A stretch of DNA of 61,960 nucleotides, counting the filler, from Bdellovibrionota bacterium (GTDB taxonomy: Bacteria; Bdellovibrionota; Bdellovibrionia; Bdellovibrionales; JAEYZS01): assembly GCA_963169515.1 (NCBI GenBank). It is 3 parts of 3 records of this genome, joined end to end, with 100 filler letters (N's around TTAATTAATTAA, not from the genome) between each part and the next. Parts side by side here need not be neighbours in the genome. Positions count along the whole stretch, not along the records: positions 39,053 to 61,960 come from CAUJEF010000095.1; 2 more parts are not named here. One strand, 5' to 3'. Shown here piece after piece: positions 39,757-49,575 of the stretch. The stretch's first letter is position 1. Each line of letters starts with the position of its first letter. Under the pieces are notes generated by a model. It was not told the DNA's origin. It saw nothing but the letters and a program-made list of their open reading frames with translations, and ran no database searches. Made by a program: the position numbers and the translations under genes.

Positions 39757-41145
39757 ATGACTCACGATCGCACAGGACAAAAAATCAAGTCCGACGCAAA
39801 AGTGCAAAAACTTTTAGATGAAGTTGCACAAACCATAACCGCACACAATCAAAAAATTACAGGCCCCCGAGAAGCATCCCCAGAATATAAAATGGAATAT
39901 GAAGATTTACTCAAGCGTGTTGAGAGGTTTCGCGGCAGACCTTTGTTTTATCCCTACATTGGTTCAGGAGCGGGACAAGGGCCGTATGTAGAACTGGAAG
40001 ACGGAAGTGTGAAGCTAGATCTTATCAATGGAATTGGAATTCATATCATGGGGCATGGGCATCCTCGCCTTGTCAGGGCGTGCCTCTCTGGCGCCATGAG
40101 TGACATAGTGATGCAGGGGCATTTACAGATAAATCAAGATTATTTGAAGATGGGCGAAAAGCTCGTCACCCTTGCGGGGAAAAAGTCAAAATTAAAGCAC
40201 GCGTGGCTTTCGACGTGTGGAACCATTGCAAATGAAAATGCGTTGAAATTGGCACGCCAAAAGACGACCCCTGCGCGAATGATAATTTCTATGAAAAATG
40301 CGTTCGCCGGAAGATCAACGATGATGGCGGAAATTACAGATAATCCCGAATATAAGCAGGGACTGCCTGAGTATAATGAAGTATTGCGAATCCCTTATTA
40401 CGATGCCAAAGACCCACGGAGCAAAGAAACAAGCTTTACAAAACTTAAAGAACACGTTGCAAAAAACGAAAAAAATATTGCAGCTTTTGCGTTTGAACCA
40501 ATGCTGGGGGAGGGAGGATATTATTACGCGCCAAGAGAATTTTTCATCCCCATGTTAGAATTTTGTAAAGAAAAGGGTATCGCCGTTTGGGCGGATGAAG
40601 TGCAAACATTTTGCCGTACGGGCGAATTGTTTGCTTTCGAAACGCTGGACATCGGAAACTATCTTGATTTGTGTACTATTGCTAAAACAGCCCAGTCCGC
40701 AGCAACACTTTATACGGCGGAATATAATCCAAAGCCAGGCTTGATTGCAGGCACGTTTGCGTCTTCGACGGTTTCATTGCAGGCGGGAATGGCCATAATA
40801 GACGAGCTTGTTGAAGGAAATTATTTTGGAAAAAACGGAAAAATTCAAAAAATTCACACAAGTTTTGTAAAAATGTTGAATGAATTAAATGAAACAACGT
40901 GCAAAGGCTTGCTGCAAGATGCAGGCGGGCTTGGATTGATGATTGCGGTGACGCCGCTGGATGGGTCTAAGGAAAAGGTAATGGAATTATTAAAAATTCT
41001 ATTCAAAAACGGGCTGATGGTATTTAACTGTGGAAAGGGCCCACACAGGTTGCGATTCTTAATCCCCGCGATTATGCAAGAAAATGACATACAAGTAGCA
41101 AGGCATATTTTAGAAAAGTCAATCCTAGAGGTGGCGGGGAAATAA
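39757..41145 (+). CDS. Class III PLP aminotransferase (putative succinylornithine transaminase, AstC-like)
   Basis: AFAGRS, EPMLGEGG, DEVQT, TIAK (PLP Lys). First gene of an ast cluster. Confidence 0.8.
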   Translation: MTHDRTGQKIKSDAKVQKLLDEVAQTITAHNQKITGPREASPEYKMEYEDLLKRVERFRGRPLFYPYIGSGAGQGPYVELEDGSVKLDLINGIGIHIMGHGHPRLVRACLSGAMSDIVMQGHLQINQDYLKMGEKLVTLAGKKSKLKHAWLSTCGTIANENALKLARQKTTPARMIISMKNAFAGRSTMMAEITDNPEYKQGLPEYNEVLRIPYYDAKDPRSKETSFTKLKEHVAKNEKNIAAFAFEPMLGEGGYYYAPREFFIPMLEFCKEKGIAVWADEVQTFCRTGELFAFETLDIGNYLDLCTIAKTAQSAATLYTAEYNPKPGLIAGTFASSTVSLQAGMAIIDELVEGNYFGKNGKIQKIHTSFVKMLNELNETTCKGLLQDAGGLGLMIAVTPLDGSKEKVMELLKILFKNGLMVFNCGKGPHRLRFLIPAIMQENDIQVARHILEKSILEVAGK

Positions 41146-42164
41146 TGGCATTTGTACTTAGAAGTGTGCGAAAGGATGATCTTCGAGGGCTGTTGACGCT
41201 CACGTCACAATTTACTTTGTTGAATCTTCCAAGCGACACAGACGTTTTAACAAACAAAATCGAGCGCAGTCTGGCATCTTTCGGGAAGCAAATTTCTGCT
41301 GCAGAAAGTGAATATTTATTTGTCGTTGAGGAAGTCGACAGTGGGCGTATCGTCGGGAGCTCATTAATTATAGGAAAGCACGGCACCCCAAAATCGCCCC
41401 ATGTGTATTTCAAGATTTTGAAGCGTGAGAAGTTTAGCCGCGATCTTGGCGTTGGATTTGTTCATCAAGTACTCAAGTTTTGCGAAGAAACGAATGGACC
41501 CACAGAAATCGGCGGCCTATTGGTTGATTACGAATATCGAAGAATTCCGGATAAAATTGGTAAACAAATTAGCCTGTGCCGTTTTTTGTATATGGGAATG
41601 AATCTAGACAGAATCGAAAATCGTTTGTTGTGCGAGCTGTCGCCACCGCTTACCTCAGAGGGGCGCAGTGAGTTTTGGGAGGCCATTGGAAGGCGCTTCA
41701 CAGGCTTGAACTATCATGAGGCGGATCGATTAAGCCAAACGCACAAAGAATTTATAAAAAGTCTTTTTCCACAAGAAGAAGTTTATACATCGGTGCTTCC
41801 GTCTTCTGCAAGATTGGTTCTGGGACGGGTTGCGGACGCTACGCGCCCTGCTCAGCATATATTGGAACAGCTCGGGTTTTATTATTTAAATGAAATTGAT
41901 CCGTTTGATGGCGGCCCTCATTATGGGGTTGAAACGAAACAAGTTCCGCTTGTCCAAAGCACAAAACAGTTTGTAGTACAAAACAAACAACGATCGAATT
42001 TTACGGTCCCGAGCCTTGTCGGCGTTGAGCGCGAAGGTGAATTTTTTGCATGTCAAACGTCATGCGAAATAGAGGGAACAGAGCTTTCGATTCCGATGAC
42101 TGCAAAAAAACTTATTCGCGTTGAAGAAGGCGAAAAAATATATCAAACAACTTTGAACTTTTAA
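41145..42164 (+). CDS. astA: Arginine N-succinyltransferase
   Basis: LNLP, YLFVVE, TEIGGL, SEFWEAIGRRFTGLNYHEAD, IDPFDGGP. Confidence 0.9.
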   Translation: MAFVLRSVRKDDLRGLLTLTSQFTLLNLPSDTDVLTNKIERSLASFGKQISAAESEYLFVVEEVDSGRIVGSSLIIGKHGTPKSPHVYFKILKREKFSRDLGVGFVHQVLKFCEETNGPTEIGGLLVDYEYRRIPDKIGKQISLCRFLYMGMNLDRIENRLLCELSPPLTSEGRSEFWEAIGRRFTGLNYHEADRLSQTHKEFIKSLFPQEEVYTSVLPSSARLVLGRVADATRPAQHILEQLGFYYLNEIDPFDGGPHYGVETKQVPLVQSTKQFVVQNKQRSNFTVPSLVGVEREGEFFACQTSCEIEGTELSIPMTAKKLIRVEEGEKIYQTTLNF

Positions 42165-42173
42165 GGCGCTAAA

Positions 42174-43679
42174 ATGCAAAAATATGACTCGGCATACCTT
42201 GGTGATTACATAAACAATGAATTCGTGAAGCCACGGAAGTCCGATGGCGAATGGAAAGCGGTAAGCCCGGCCGATCTTAAAGACGAAATCATGGTTGCAA
42301 GCTTCAGCTTCGATCATGTGGAGCGAGCTTGCCAGGCAGCTCGCGAGGCCTTTCCAAAATGGGCAGCACTTAAAACGGAAGAGCGAGCGCAGTATCTTAT
42401 TCGACTGAAAGAAGTATATTCACAGCACAAAGCAGAACTTGCAGAAATTATTTCGCGCTCTTCTGGGAAACCCCTTTGGGAAGGACAAAATGAAGCGCAA
42501 ACGATGATTAATAAAATTGATATCACTTTGAACGAATCAGCAAAACTTGTTCAAACACAACACATACCAAACGCTCTTCCTGGCGTGGACGGGTATATAC
42601 GCTTTAAACCTCGTGGAGTTATGGCCGTGCTTGGGCCATTTAACTTTCCGGGGCACTTGCCAAACGGGCACATTGTCCCAGCGCTCTTAACTGGAAATAC
42701 GATTGTATTTAAACCCTCAGAGTGGACGCCGCTTGTTGGTCAATTTATGGCGCAGCTGTTTCAAAAAGCAGAGTTTCCGAAAGGTGTTTTTAACTTTGTT
42801 CAGGGTCTGGGCGAGACTGGAAAAAAAATTGTTAAAAATGAAAATATCGACGGAATTTTGATGACAGGGTCTTACGAAACGGGTCTTCGAATTAAACAGG
42901 AAACGCTAGAAGATTATTGGAAACTGTTGGCTCTTGAGATGGGCGGGAAAAATACGTCTATCGTATGGGAAGATGCAGATTTTGATAAAGCCGTTTATGA
43001 AAATGTTATCGGATCCTTCATAAGTACTGGTCAAAGATGTTCCTGCACAAGTCGTCTTATGGTTCACGCCAATATTTATGATAGATTTGTCGATAAATTT
43101 TATAATATTGCCAAAAAACTTACGATAGGCCACTGGAAGGAAAATCCTTTTATGGGCCCACTTATTAACGAGCGGGCAGTTGAAAATTATATTCGTTTTC
43201 AAGGCATTGCTCGACGGGAAGGGGCCGAATGTCTAATGCGCGGAAAAGCGCTGGAGAAGACTCCAGCAGGTCATTATGTCACGCCAAGTATTTTTCTTGT
43301 GGAAAAGGCTTCGGATAAATCTGTTTATCAAAAGACGGAGCTTTTTGGACCTAATGTTGGAATATATAAAATTAACTCTATTGAGGAGGCCGTTGAAAGT
43401 TCCAATAAAACGGGGTTCGGGCTTGTAATGGCCGTATTCAGCAAAGACAAGTCTATATATGAATATGCAAATCTGTACGCACGTGTTGGGAATTTAAACT
43501 GGAATCGAACTACGGTTGGCGCAAGTTCAAAAATGCCGTTCGGAGGGATGGGAAAGTCAGGCAATGACCGCCCATCAGCGCATTTTGCCGTTTATTATTC
43601 AACAGTCCCCCTGTCAAACCTAGAAGATCCGACACCTTTTGATCCAACAAAACTGTATCCAGGTGTCACATGGGAGTAA
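42174..43679 (+). CDS. astD: Succinylglutamate-semialdehyde dehydrogenase
   Basis: KPRGVMAVLGPFNFPGHLPNGHIVPALLTGNT, LALEMGGKN, GQRCSC, PFGGMGKSGNDRPSA. Confidence 0.9.
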   Translation: MQKYDSAYLGDYINNEFVKPRKSDGEWKAVSPADLKDEIMVASFSFDHVERACQAAREAFPKWAALKTEERAQYLIRLKEVYSQHKAELAEIISRSSGKPLWEGQNEAQTMINKIDITLNESAKLVQTQHIPNALPGVDGYIRFKPRGVMAVLGPFNFPGHLPNGHIVPALLTGNTIVFKPSEWTPLVGQFMAQLFQKAEFPKGVFNFVQGLGETGKKIVKNENIDGILMTGSYETGLRIKQETLEDYWKLLALEMGGKNTSIVWEDADFDKAVYENVIGSFISTGQRCSCTSRLMVHANIYDRFVDKFYNIAKKLTIGHWKENPFMGPLINERAVENYIRFQGIARREGAECLMRGKALEKTPAGHYVTPSIFLVEKASDKSVYQKTELFGPNVGIYKINSIEEAVESSNKTGFGLVMAVFSKDKSIYEYANLYARVGNLNWNRTTVGASSKMPFGGMGKSGNDRPSAHFAVYYSTVPLSNLEDPTPFDPTKLYPGVTWE

Positions 43680-43680
43680 C

Positions 43681-44748
43681 GTGAGAAAGCTAGGTATACT
43701 TGCTGTATTGATTGTTTTTATAGTCGGTGGAAATTTTGTTTATTGGACAAGCCAGCTAAAGCCTGCCGACAATAAGAAAACACAACTTATATTCGAATTA
43801 CGTCCGGGCTCATTTAAAAAAGTAGCCCTAGATTTGCAAAACCAGGGCATCATTAGAAGTGCTGGTGCGTTTTCTCTTTATGCGCGCATTGTTGGGAAGA
43901 CAACACAAGTTCGCATTGGTGAGTATCGTGTGGATTCAAGTATGTCAGCGAAGGAAATCTTGGATGTAATTACAAAAGGGAAAAGTATTCCATACGACGT
44001 GACCTTTCAAGAAGGCCTTAATATGTTTGAATACGCCCAAGTTTTGGCAAAAAAGAATCTTGTCGATGAAAAGCTATTTCTAGATCTCGCCAGAAATCCG
44101 GCCGTTGCGGAAGAGCTTGTAGGAGTGCGTCTTCCCAGTTTAGAGGGATATTTGTTTCCAGAAACTTACAGACTAACGAAATTCACTGGCGAAAAGGAAA
44201 TTTTGCAAATTATGGTTTCAAAGACCAAGGCAGAATTAAACAAGATCGGAGACCCTAGGTTAAAGGATCCGAAAAGCAGGCACCGTTTTATAACTTTAGC
44301 CAGCATTATAGAAAAGGAGTCCGGGGCGAGCTTGGAACGAGAATTGGTTTCATCAGTCTTTCATAATCGTCTGGATAAAAAAATGAAGCTTCAGTCAGAT
44401 CCAACAATTATTTATGGAGCTAAATACGACCAAGGCATTGATATTTTAAATATCAAGCGAGCAGATATATCAAACCCAACACGGTTTAATACATATACAA
44501 TTCCAGGGTTGCCCTATGGGCCCATATCAAACCCGGGGAGGGAGGCAATCGTTGCAGCACTTCACCCAGCGAAGTCCGAATATCTCTATTTTGTAAGTTA
44601 CAACAATGGCACCCATTATTTTTCGAAGACGTACAAAGAGCATCTTAGCGCCGTTAAGAAGTATCAAATAGATCCGAGTGGGCGCAGGGGTAAGTCCTGG
44701 CGTGATTTAAAAAAGAAAAACAATCCAACAAAGCAAAAGACTATTTAA
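43681..44748 (+). CDS. mltG: Endolytic transglycosylase MltG
   Basis: N-terminal TM, LEGYLFPETY, LASIIEKE, LQSDPT, NTY...GLPYGPISNPG, YLYFV. GTG start at 43681. Confidence 0.95.
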   Translation: MRKLGILAVLIVFIVGGNFVYWTSQLKPADNKKTQLIFELRPGSFKKVALDLQNQGIIRSAGAFSLYARIVGKTTQVRIGEYRVDSSMSAKEILDVITKGKSIPYDVTFQEGLNMFEYAQVLAKKNLVDEKLFLDLARNPAVAEELVGVRLPSLEGYLFPETYRLTKFTGEKEILQIMVSKTKAELNKIGDPRLKDPKSRHRFITLASIIEKESGASLERELVSSVFHNRLDKKMKLQSDPTIIYGAKYDQGIDILNIKRADISNPTRFNTYTIPGLPYGPISNPGREAIVAALHPAKSEYLYFVSYNNGTHYFSKTYKEHLSAVKKYQIDPSGRRGKSWRDLKKKNNPTKQKTI

Positions 44749-45469
44749 CATCTATTTCAAGATTTAATTTTAAAAAGTTGGCTTGCTGGATTTCGCCACA
44801 GGCATCTGTCAGCCCGAGTTTTTCTGTTTCTTGCGCAAGATCCAAAATCTTGGGGCCCGGGGAGACAAACGGTATCTGATAAATATTTAAAAACTGACCA
44901 GAAGATTTCCAGGCTTGGCCCCATGATGCAGCAGCAGAGTTACTCTGGCACTCGCCAATATGCAGGGCTCTTCGTGGCGGGGCATGGTCAGCGCTCTGTT
45001 GGAAATACGGATGGTCAAAGCAGACAGACACGACTCGGGCCGGCTGAGAGGGTTTTAAAATGAAACTTTTTGAAGCAAGAATGCAGGAATCATTGTCTTT
45101 AAGCCTGTATCCATGACATTTTAAAAACTGCCTGGTTTTTTCTTTTAGGCACTCGTGCTTGGTTTCGCCGCGCAATTCGTGACAAGACATTTGGTTTTCG
45201 TAACAGCGATTTGATTCTTCAGAAATTGTTTCATAATCAAAACTTGAAATTTTGTATTGAATTTCTTCCGCCTCAAAATCAAACAAAGACTTTTCAATTT
45301 TGAATTCAAGGTCCTCAGCGGGAGTAGAGGCAACTGAGGGCTCATTTATTTTATGATAAGTACCCTCTTCTTCTTTAAGTTGATCTATTTTCCCACAGTT
45401 TTGAAAGCCGAGCATAATAAACAGAAGAAATGTAGATAGCAGGAGAGTGTGGGACTGACTTTTTGTCAT
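44741..45469 (-). CDS. Cys-rich hypothetical lipoprotein (FQNC lipobox)
   Basis: Signal ending LGFQNC, multiple Cys. Confidence 0.7.
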   Translation of the reverse strand: MTKSQSHTLLLSTFLLFIMLGFQNCGKIDQLKEEEGTYHKINEPSVASTPAEDLEFKIEKSLFDFEAEEIQYKISSFDYETISEESNRCYENQMSCHELRGETKHECLKEKTRQFLKCHGYRLKDNDSCILASKSFILKPSQPARVVSVCFDHPYFQQSADHAPPRRALHIGECQSNSAAASWGQAWKSSGQFLNIYQIPFVSPGPKILDLAQETEKLGLTDACGEIQQANFLKLNLEIDVK

Positions 45470-45476
45470 AGAAGCT

Positions 45477-45504
45477 AGATCGGTACAAAGTCTAGGAAAC
45501 TTTA
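45477..45504 (-). promoter_or_regulatory. Sigma28-like promoter, probably leaderless transcript
   Basis: TAAAGTTT-N12-ACCGATCT. The -10 ends 7 nt before the ATG. Confidence 0.65.
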
Positions 45505-45993
45505 GTCATTTTGATACGTTGGAGATGATAAGTGAAAGAAAACTTGGTTTTCTGGGCTGTATTTTAATATGTTCAAATGCGCGGAAAGCGTTTTATCAAA
45601 CGTAGGGGCAATAATCTCAGGGAGACGATCTCCGTCTATATCCGTCAGAGCGAGGTTCGTTGAGCTATTATGAAACAAAAAATATCCATCGTTTTCGTGT
45701 GGAAGTTCAATTTTATTTAAAAGCCTAACATCTGAAGGGGGCAAATGCTTGTAGATTTCAACGGTTATGTTGTGGCCTTCCTTTACTTTCACAACATCGT
45801 AGGTATCATCGTTTCCAGTGATATTACCAGTAATCTTTGATAAAACTTTTCTATCGCCACCAAAAGAATTTTTTAAAACCTCTGAAAATTTTGAACTAAA
45901 GGCGACATAAACTGAGACAGTGAAAAAGAAAGTCACAGAAAGGTAAAGGATTGCTTTTTTTGTATCAATTTGAGCCACGAAAAATTCCCTCAT
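45502..45993 (-). CDS. Hypothetical membrane-anchored protein with one FG-GAP-like Ca-binding loop
   Basis: N-terminal TM, LALTDIDGDRLPEIIAP. Confidence 0.65.
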   Translation of the reverse strand: MREFFVAQIDTKKAILYLSVTFFFTVSVYVAFSSKFSEVLKNSFGGDRKVLSKITGNITGNDDTYDVVKVKEGHNITVEIYKHLPPSDVRLLNKIELPHENDGYFLFHNSSTNLALTDIDGDRLPEIIAPTFDKTLSAHLNILKYSPENQVFFHLSSPTYQND

Positions 45994-46020
45994 TGCCCAG
46001 CCCGTTCTTAGTTGATAGCG

Positions 46021-46048
46021 TTATCGGAATAGGGAGTCGTGAAATTGA
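46021..46048 (-). promoter_or_regulatory. Sigma28-like promoter
   Basis: TCAA-N16-TCCGATAA. Overlaps the start of the divergent nitroreductase. Confidence 0.55.
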
Positions 46049-46635
46049 ATGTTTATGAAATTATAGAAAAACGAAAGTCAATTCGTAAGTATAAAAACAC
46101 GCCTGTTCCAAGGGCAGTTTTGGATCGCGTTCTTGCGGCCGGTATGCATGCGCCGTCAGGCAAAAACAGGCAAAACTGGAGATTTTTTGTTGTCCAGGGT
46201 AAAAAGCGCGACGATTATCTAAAGTATTCGCAAAAAAGCTGGCTTGGGGTAAAAGATGTCTTGCAAAAGCGCTTGAAGCCCTCGCTCTATGAATTCACGG
46301 AGCGCTTTTTTTATACTCTTGGGGGCGCCCCTGTGATTATTTTTTGTTATTCTCTAAATGACTCTGAAGAGCGTTATCACACGAGCATTGGAAGCGTGTA
46401 TATGGCTGTGGAGAACATGATTTTGGCGGCGGTTTCTGATGGGTTAGGAACCTGCCCGATGGGAGCCCCTCTTGAAATCAAAGAAGAGGTGGATAAATTC
46501 CTTGGGATTAAAAACATTTCAACTCCACCAGGATCGGAATTAGAACTTTTATGTGGTTTGGTTCTTGGTTACCCTGATCATGATCCGCCCAAGGCCCCCA
46601 GACAAACAGAGGGAAGAATAGTTTGGCTAGAGTAA
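46039..46635 (+). CDS. Nitroreductase family protein
   Basis: RKSIRKY, APSGKNRQNWRF, AVENMILAA..GLGTC, LGYP. Confidence 0.92.
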   Translation: MKLNVYEIIEKRKSIRKYKNTPVPRAVLDRVLAAGMHAPSGKNRQNWRFFVVQGKKRDDYLKYSQKSWLGVKDVLQKRLKPSLYEFTERFFYTLGGAPVIIFCYSLNDSEERYHTSIGSVYMAVENMILAAVSDGLGTCPMGAPLEIKEEVDKFLGIKNISTPPGSELELLCGLVLGYPDHDPPKAPRQTEGRIVWLE

Positions 46636-46638
46636 AAG

Positions 46639-47295
46639 TTACGTTAGCGCAATAAAGCTATATTGGCGCAGGCCTTTTTGTTTCTGCCGGCGAAAGGAAC
46701 AATATTCTTCGTTTGCGAACGTATTTGTATAAATAGAAGCTATATTCTTGTTTGGTATTCCGCAGGCAAAAATTTGTTCCTTAACCGTGGCCTCTAAATC
46801 TACATAATACTTTTGATCAAGGGGATTGTAGATAACATATTTTTCTGGGAACAGGTCGGCGACGTCCTTGTCGACGGCAAAGGAATCTTTCGTAATATGT
46901 GGACCAATGAATACTAGGGTCTCTTTGCTTGCGGAAATAGTTTTTAGTGTTTTTGGGACGATTTTGTTTTCAACTCCGCGCCAACCAGCATGAATTCCGG
47001 CAATTGTGAGACTGCGTGGGTCAAAAACCATCACGGGCATACAATCTGCCGTCTGAATCGCCAAGGCAAAGTTTTTTTGAGTACCATAGTGCGCGTCGGC
47101 CTGCTGTTCCTGCAGCATGGAGCTCGCGATCGTATTTCCATGGACTTGTTTAAGCGAACAAAAAGTGAACTGCGAAAACTCTTTTATTAGAGTTTCAAGA
47201 TTTGATTGTCTGTTACCGAAGAAAACTGAAAAATGTTCTGCTTCTAGCAGGTGGCCAAGCGGAGAGGTTTTTCCATAATAAATATTAAAATTCAC
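46639..47295 (-). CDS. pgeF: YfiH/PgeF family (purine nucleoside phosphorylase-like, peptidoglycan editing factor)
   Basis: QVHG, ADA, TADCMPV, HAGWRG, IGPHI, SFRR. Follows rluD. Confidence 0.9.
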   Translation of the reverse strand: MNFNIYYGKTSPLGHLLEAEHFSVFFGNRQSNLETLIKEFSQFTFCSLKQVHGNTIASSMLQEQQADAHYGTQKNFALAIQTADCMPVMVFDPRSLTIAGIHAGWRGVENKIVPKTLKTISASKETLVFIGPHITKDSFAVDKDVADLFPEKYVIYNPLDQKYYVDLEATVKEQIFACGIPNKNIASIYTNTFANEEYCSFRRQKQKGLRQYSFIALT

Positions 47296-48256
47296 AGAGC
47301 CTCACGATTTCTTCGAGATCTTTGGGCCACGAAACTGAAAAAGAAAGGACTTCATTCGTAGAGGGGTGAGTAAATCCAAGCTCTTTAGCAAGAAGGCCTA
47401 TGCGATTAAGGGCGCTAATTTCTTTTCGAATAGAGGGGTTGTGGATTCCCGCAATCCTTCTCTTTGCGCCATACAACACGTCCCCCACTATGGGATGTCC
47501 AAGCTCTGACAAATGCACGCGGATCTGGTGCGTTCGCCCGGTATCGAGCTTGAGCTGAATGAGCGATAATCCAGACGAAGAGCTCTTTAAGGTTGTTGCA
47601 TTTGTTATGGCTTTTTTCCCATTTGATTTTACACTTGAGAACTTTTTTCGGCTTCTTGGATCTCGGCCTAATAGATTTTCAATTCTTCGGGTTTGAAAGC
47701 GGGGGTGCCCAAATACGATGGCCCAATAAATACGATGAACGGTTCGATTTTTAAATTGCAATGCTAACTTTTCATGGGCGGCATTGTTTTTGCACACGAC
47801 AAGCAATCCGCTGGTGTCCTTGTCTAAGCGATGTACGATTCCAGGCCGCGCTTCATTAAACCCCATCGACAAATCGGGCGTATGGCGAATGAGAGCATTA
47901 ACCAAGGTCTTCTCTTTGTGTCCTGCAGACGGATGAACGACTAAGCCGGCCGGCTTGTTGATAACAATAACGTCTTTGTCTTCGTATAAAATATCTAGAT
48001 TTAAATCAAAAGGTGTAAGGTCCGTTTCTTTCACTTCAGAAGGTATTGTCACTTCAAAGAATGTTCCAGCCTTAACCTTTGCGGAGGGCTTTACGGTTTT
48101 TGAGTTTAGCGTTACAAGACCCTGCTCGATCAGTTGGATGGCGCGGTTTCTTGAAGAAACTTCTGGAAGGCTGGAAATTATTTTATCTATACGCTCGCCG
48201 ACCTGTTCGGGGAGAATCGTAAGTTTTATTAAGTTAGCGGGCTTGCTTGAATTCAT
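47285..48256 (-). CDS. rluD: RluA-family 23S rRNA pseudouridine synthase with S4 domain
   Basis: NKPAGLVVHP, RPGIVHRLDKDTSG, TGRTHQIRVH, PIVGD. Confidence 0.92.
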   Translation of the reverse strand: MNSSKPANLIKLTILPEQVGERIDKIISSLPEVSSRNRAIQLIEQGLVTLNSKTVKPSAKVKAGTFFEVTIPSEVKETDLTPFDLNLDILYEDKDVIVINKPAGLVVHPSAGHKEKTLVNALIRHTPDLSMGFNEARPGIVHRLDKDTSGLLVVCKNNAAHEKLALQFKNRTVHRIYWAIVFGHPRFQTRRIENLLGRDPRSRKKFSSVKSNGKKAITNATTLKSSSSGLSLIQLKLDTGRTHQIRVHLSELGHPIVGDVLYGAKRRIAGIHNPSIRKEISALNRIGLLAKELGFTHPSTNEVLSFSVSWPKDLEEIVRLCEF

Positions 48257-48869
48257 TGTAAAGTCGAATGTAAGAATCGCTTACGGGTCTTGGGTCTAAA
48301 CCCAAAACCTCTGCGTACTGTTTTATGTAGCTTTTAACAAAAACAGCGGCAGGAAGGGAAGTAAAATTATTCGACTCAATTGCGCTGAGATGGTGGACTC
48401 CAATATTGGTTTTTTGGCTTATATAGCCGAGAGAAATTTTCTGTTTTAAACGTAATTTCTTCAATATAAGGCCGTCGTAAAAAGCGTGTTTCAAAAGCTC
48501 TCTTTCAAGCGAGGGATCTATTTCCTTGGAAAGGGCGTCTAATTCTTCTTCAAAGTTTTCTTGGGTCGCGTGGCTTGGAATGTGGTTGTAATAAAACTGT
48601 GGCGGCAATTTATCTTGAAAGTTTTTGTTTGTAATCGACGGAGCGGCTTCGATGGGCTTTTGTAGAGCAAGAATTGCTTTATATGCCTCATGGACACAGC
48701 TCCGAACCTCGCGGGCTTCGTCGATAGAAAAAAACTCTGCAATATTGGGGTTCTGATCCGAATATACCCAGCACGCTTTTCTGTAGGCTTCCTCAAGCTC
48801 TTGGAGAGAGGCGCCGGGACTTAAGTCTAGCAGCTCATAGTAATTTTCGATATTTTGGCTTTGCTCCAT
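48234..48869 (-). CDS. J-like domain + RodZ-type HTH protein
   Basis: NYYELLDLSPGASLQELEEAYRK without HPD. C-terminal LKKLRLKQKISL...LSAIE...LPAAVFVKSYIKQYA. Confidence 0.75.
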   Translation of the reverse strand: MEQSQNIENYYELLDLSPGASLQELEEAYRKACWVYSDQNPNIAEFFSIDEAREVRSCVHEAYKAILALQKPIEAAPSITNKNFQDKLPPQFYYNHIPSHATQENFEEELDALSKEIDPSLERELLKHAFYDGLILKKLRLKQKISLGYISQKTNIGVHHLSAIESNNFTSLPAAVFVKSYIKQYAEVLGLDPRPVSDSYIRLYNEFKQAR

Positions 48870-48898
48870 GGAACAATTTTAATACGAACCAAGGTGGT

Positions 48899-49570
48899 TT
48901 AGACAAGCAATTTTTCTTCAGCAGATGAACGGCGAATATATAATGGTTCAAGCTGCTTCCATGAAATGGTCAATCCATTTTTAATTTTTTCATGGGCAAG
49001 AGAAGCAAGAACGGTTGAGGTTGGTACATTTAGAAACTCGCTTTTAAAAATTAAAAGAGATTTTACTTCAGAGATGTCGGGTCCATACTTAGAAAAACCC
49101 TCACCTAAGCAGAGTGTTTTTGATTTGAATAAATTCTTTAGTTCTAATGATTTAACAACTCGGGGCAAGTCTGACGAGTGCCATTTGCCTGAGACATTCG
49201 TGAACAGGGACGTATAAGCGGATTGGGTAAAAGCATCTATCAGGCAAATAACAGGCGTGTCCCCAGGGGGTACTTGATGAGCGAGGACCTCTAATGAGCT
49301 CGCCGTGGCAACAGGCAGCTCAAGGGCATAAGAGAGAGTTTTAATCGTGTTCACCGCGATGCGAATTCCCGTAAAGGAGCCTGGACCAACGTCCACAGCC
49401 AAGTGGGTGAGCCTTTTTAAACCAGCGTCTTTTGTAATTTCTGAGATTTTTTGAGAAACGAACTCTGCGTGAGAATGCTCGGACTCCCATGTTAGAGTTT
49501 TTAAAATGTTTTCCTCTTCAGCAAGTGTTACTGAGCCAATCCGAGAACTACAGGAGAGGGCGAGCAGCAT
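48899..49570 (-). CDS. tsaB: tRNA threonylcarbamoyladenosine biosynthesis protein TsaB
   Basis: HAE, GPGSFTGIRI, SSLEVLA, IDA, EPLYIR. Confidence 0.93.
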   Translation of the reverse strand: MLLALSCSSRIGSVTLAEEENILKTLTWESEHSHAEFVSQKISEITKDAGLKRLTHLAVDVGPGSFTGIRIAVNTIKTLSYALELPVATASSLEVLAHQVPPGDTPVICLIDAFTQSAYTSLFTNVSGKWHSSDLPRVVKSLELKNLFKSKTLCLGEGFSKYGPDISEVKSLLIFKSEFLNVPTSTVLASLAHEKIKNGLTISWKQLEPLYIRRSSAEEKLLV

Positions 49571-49575
49571 AGTCT

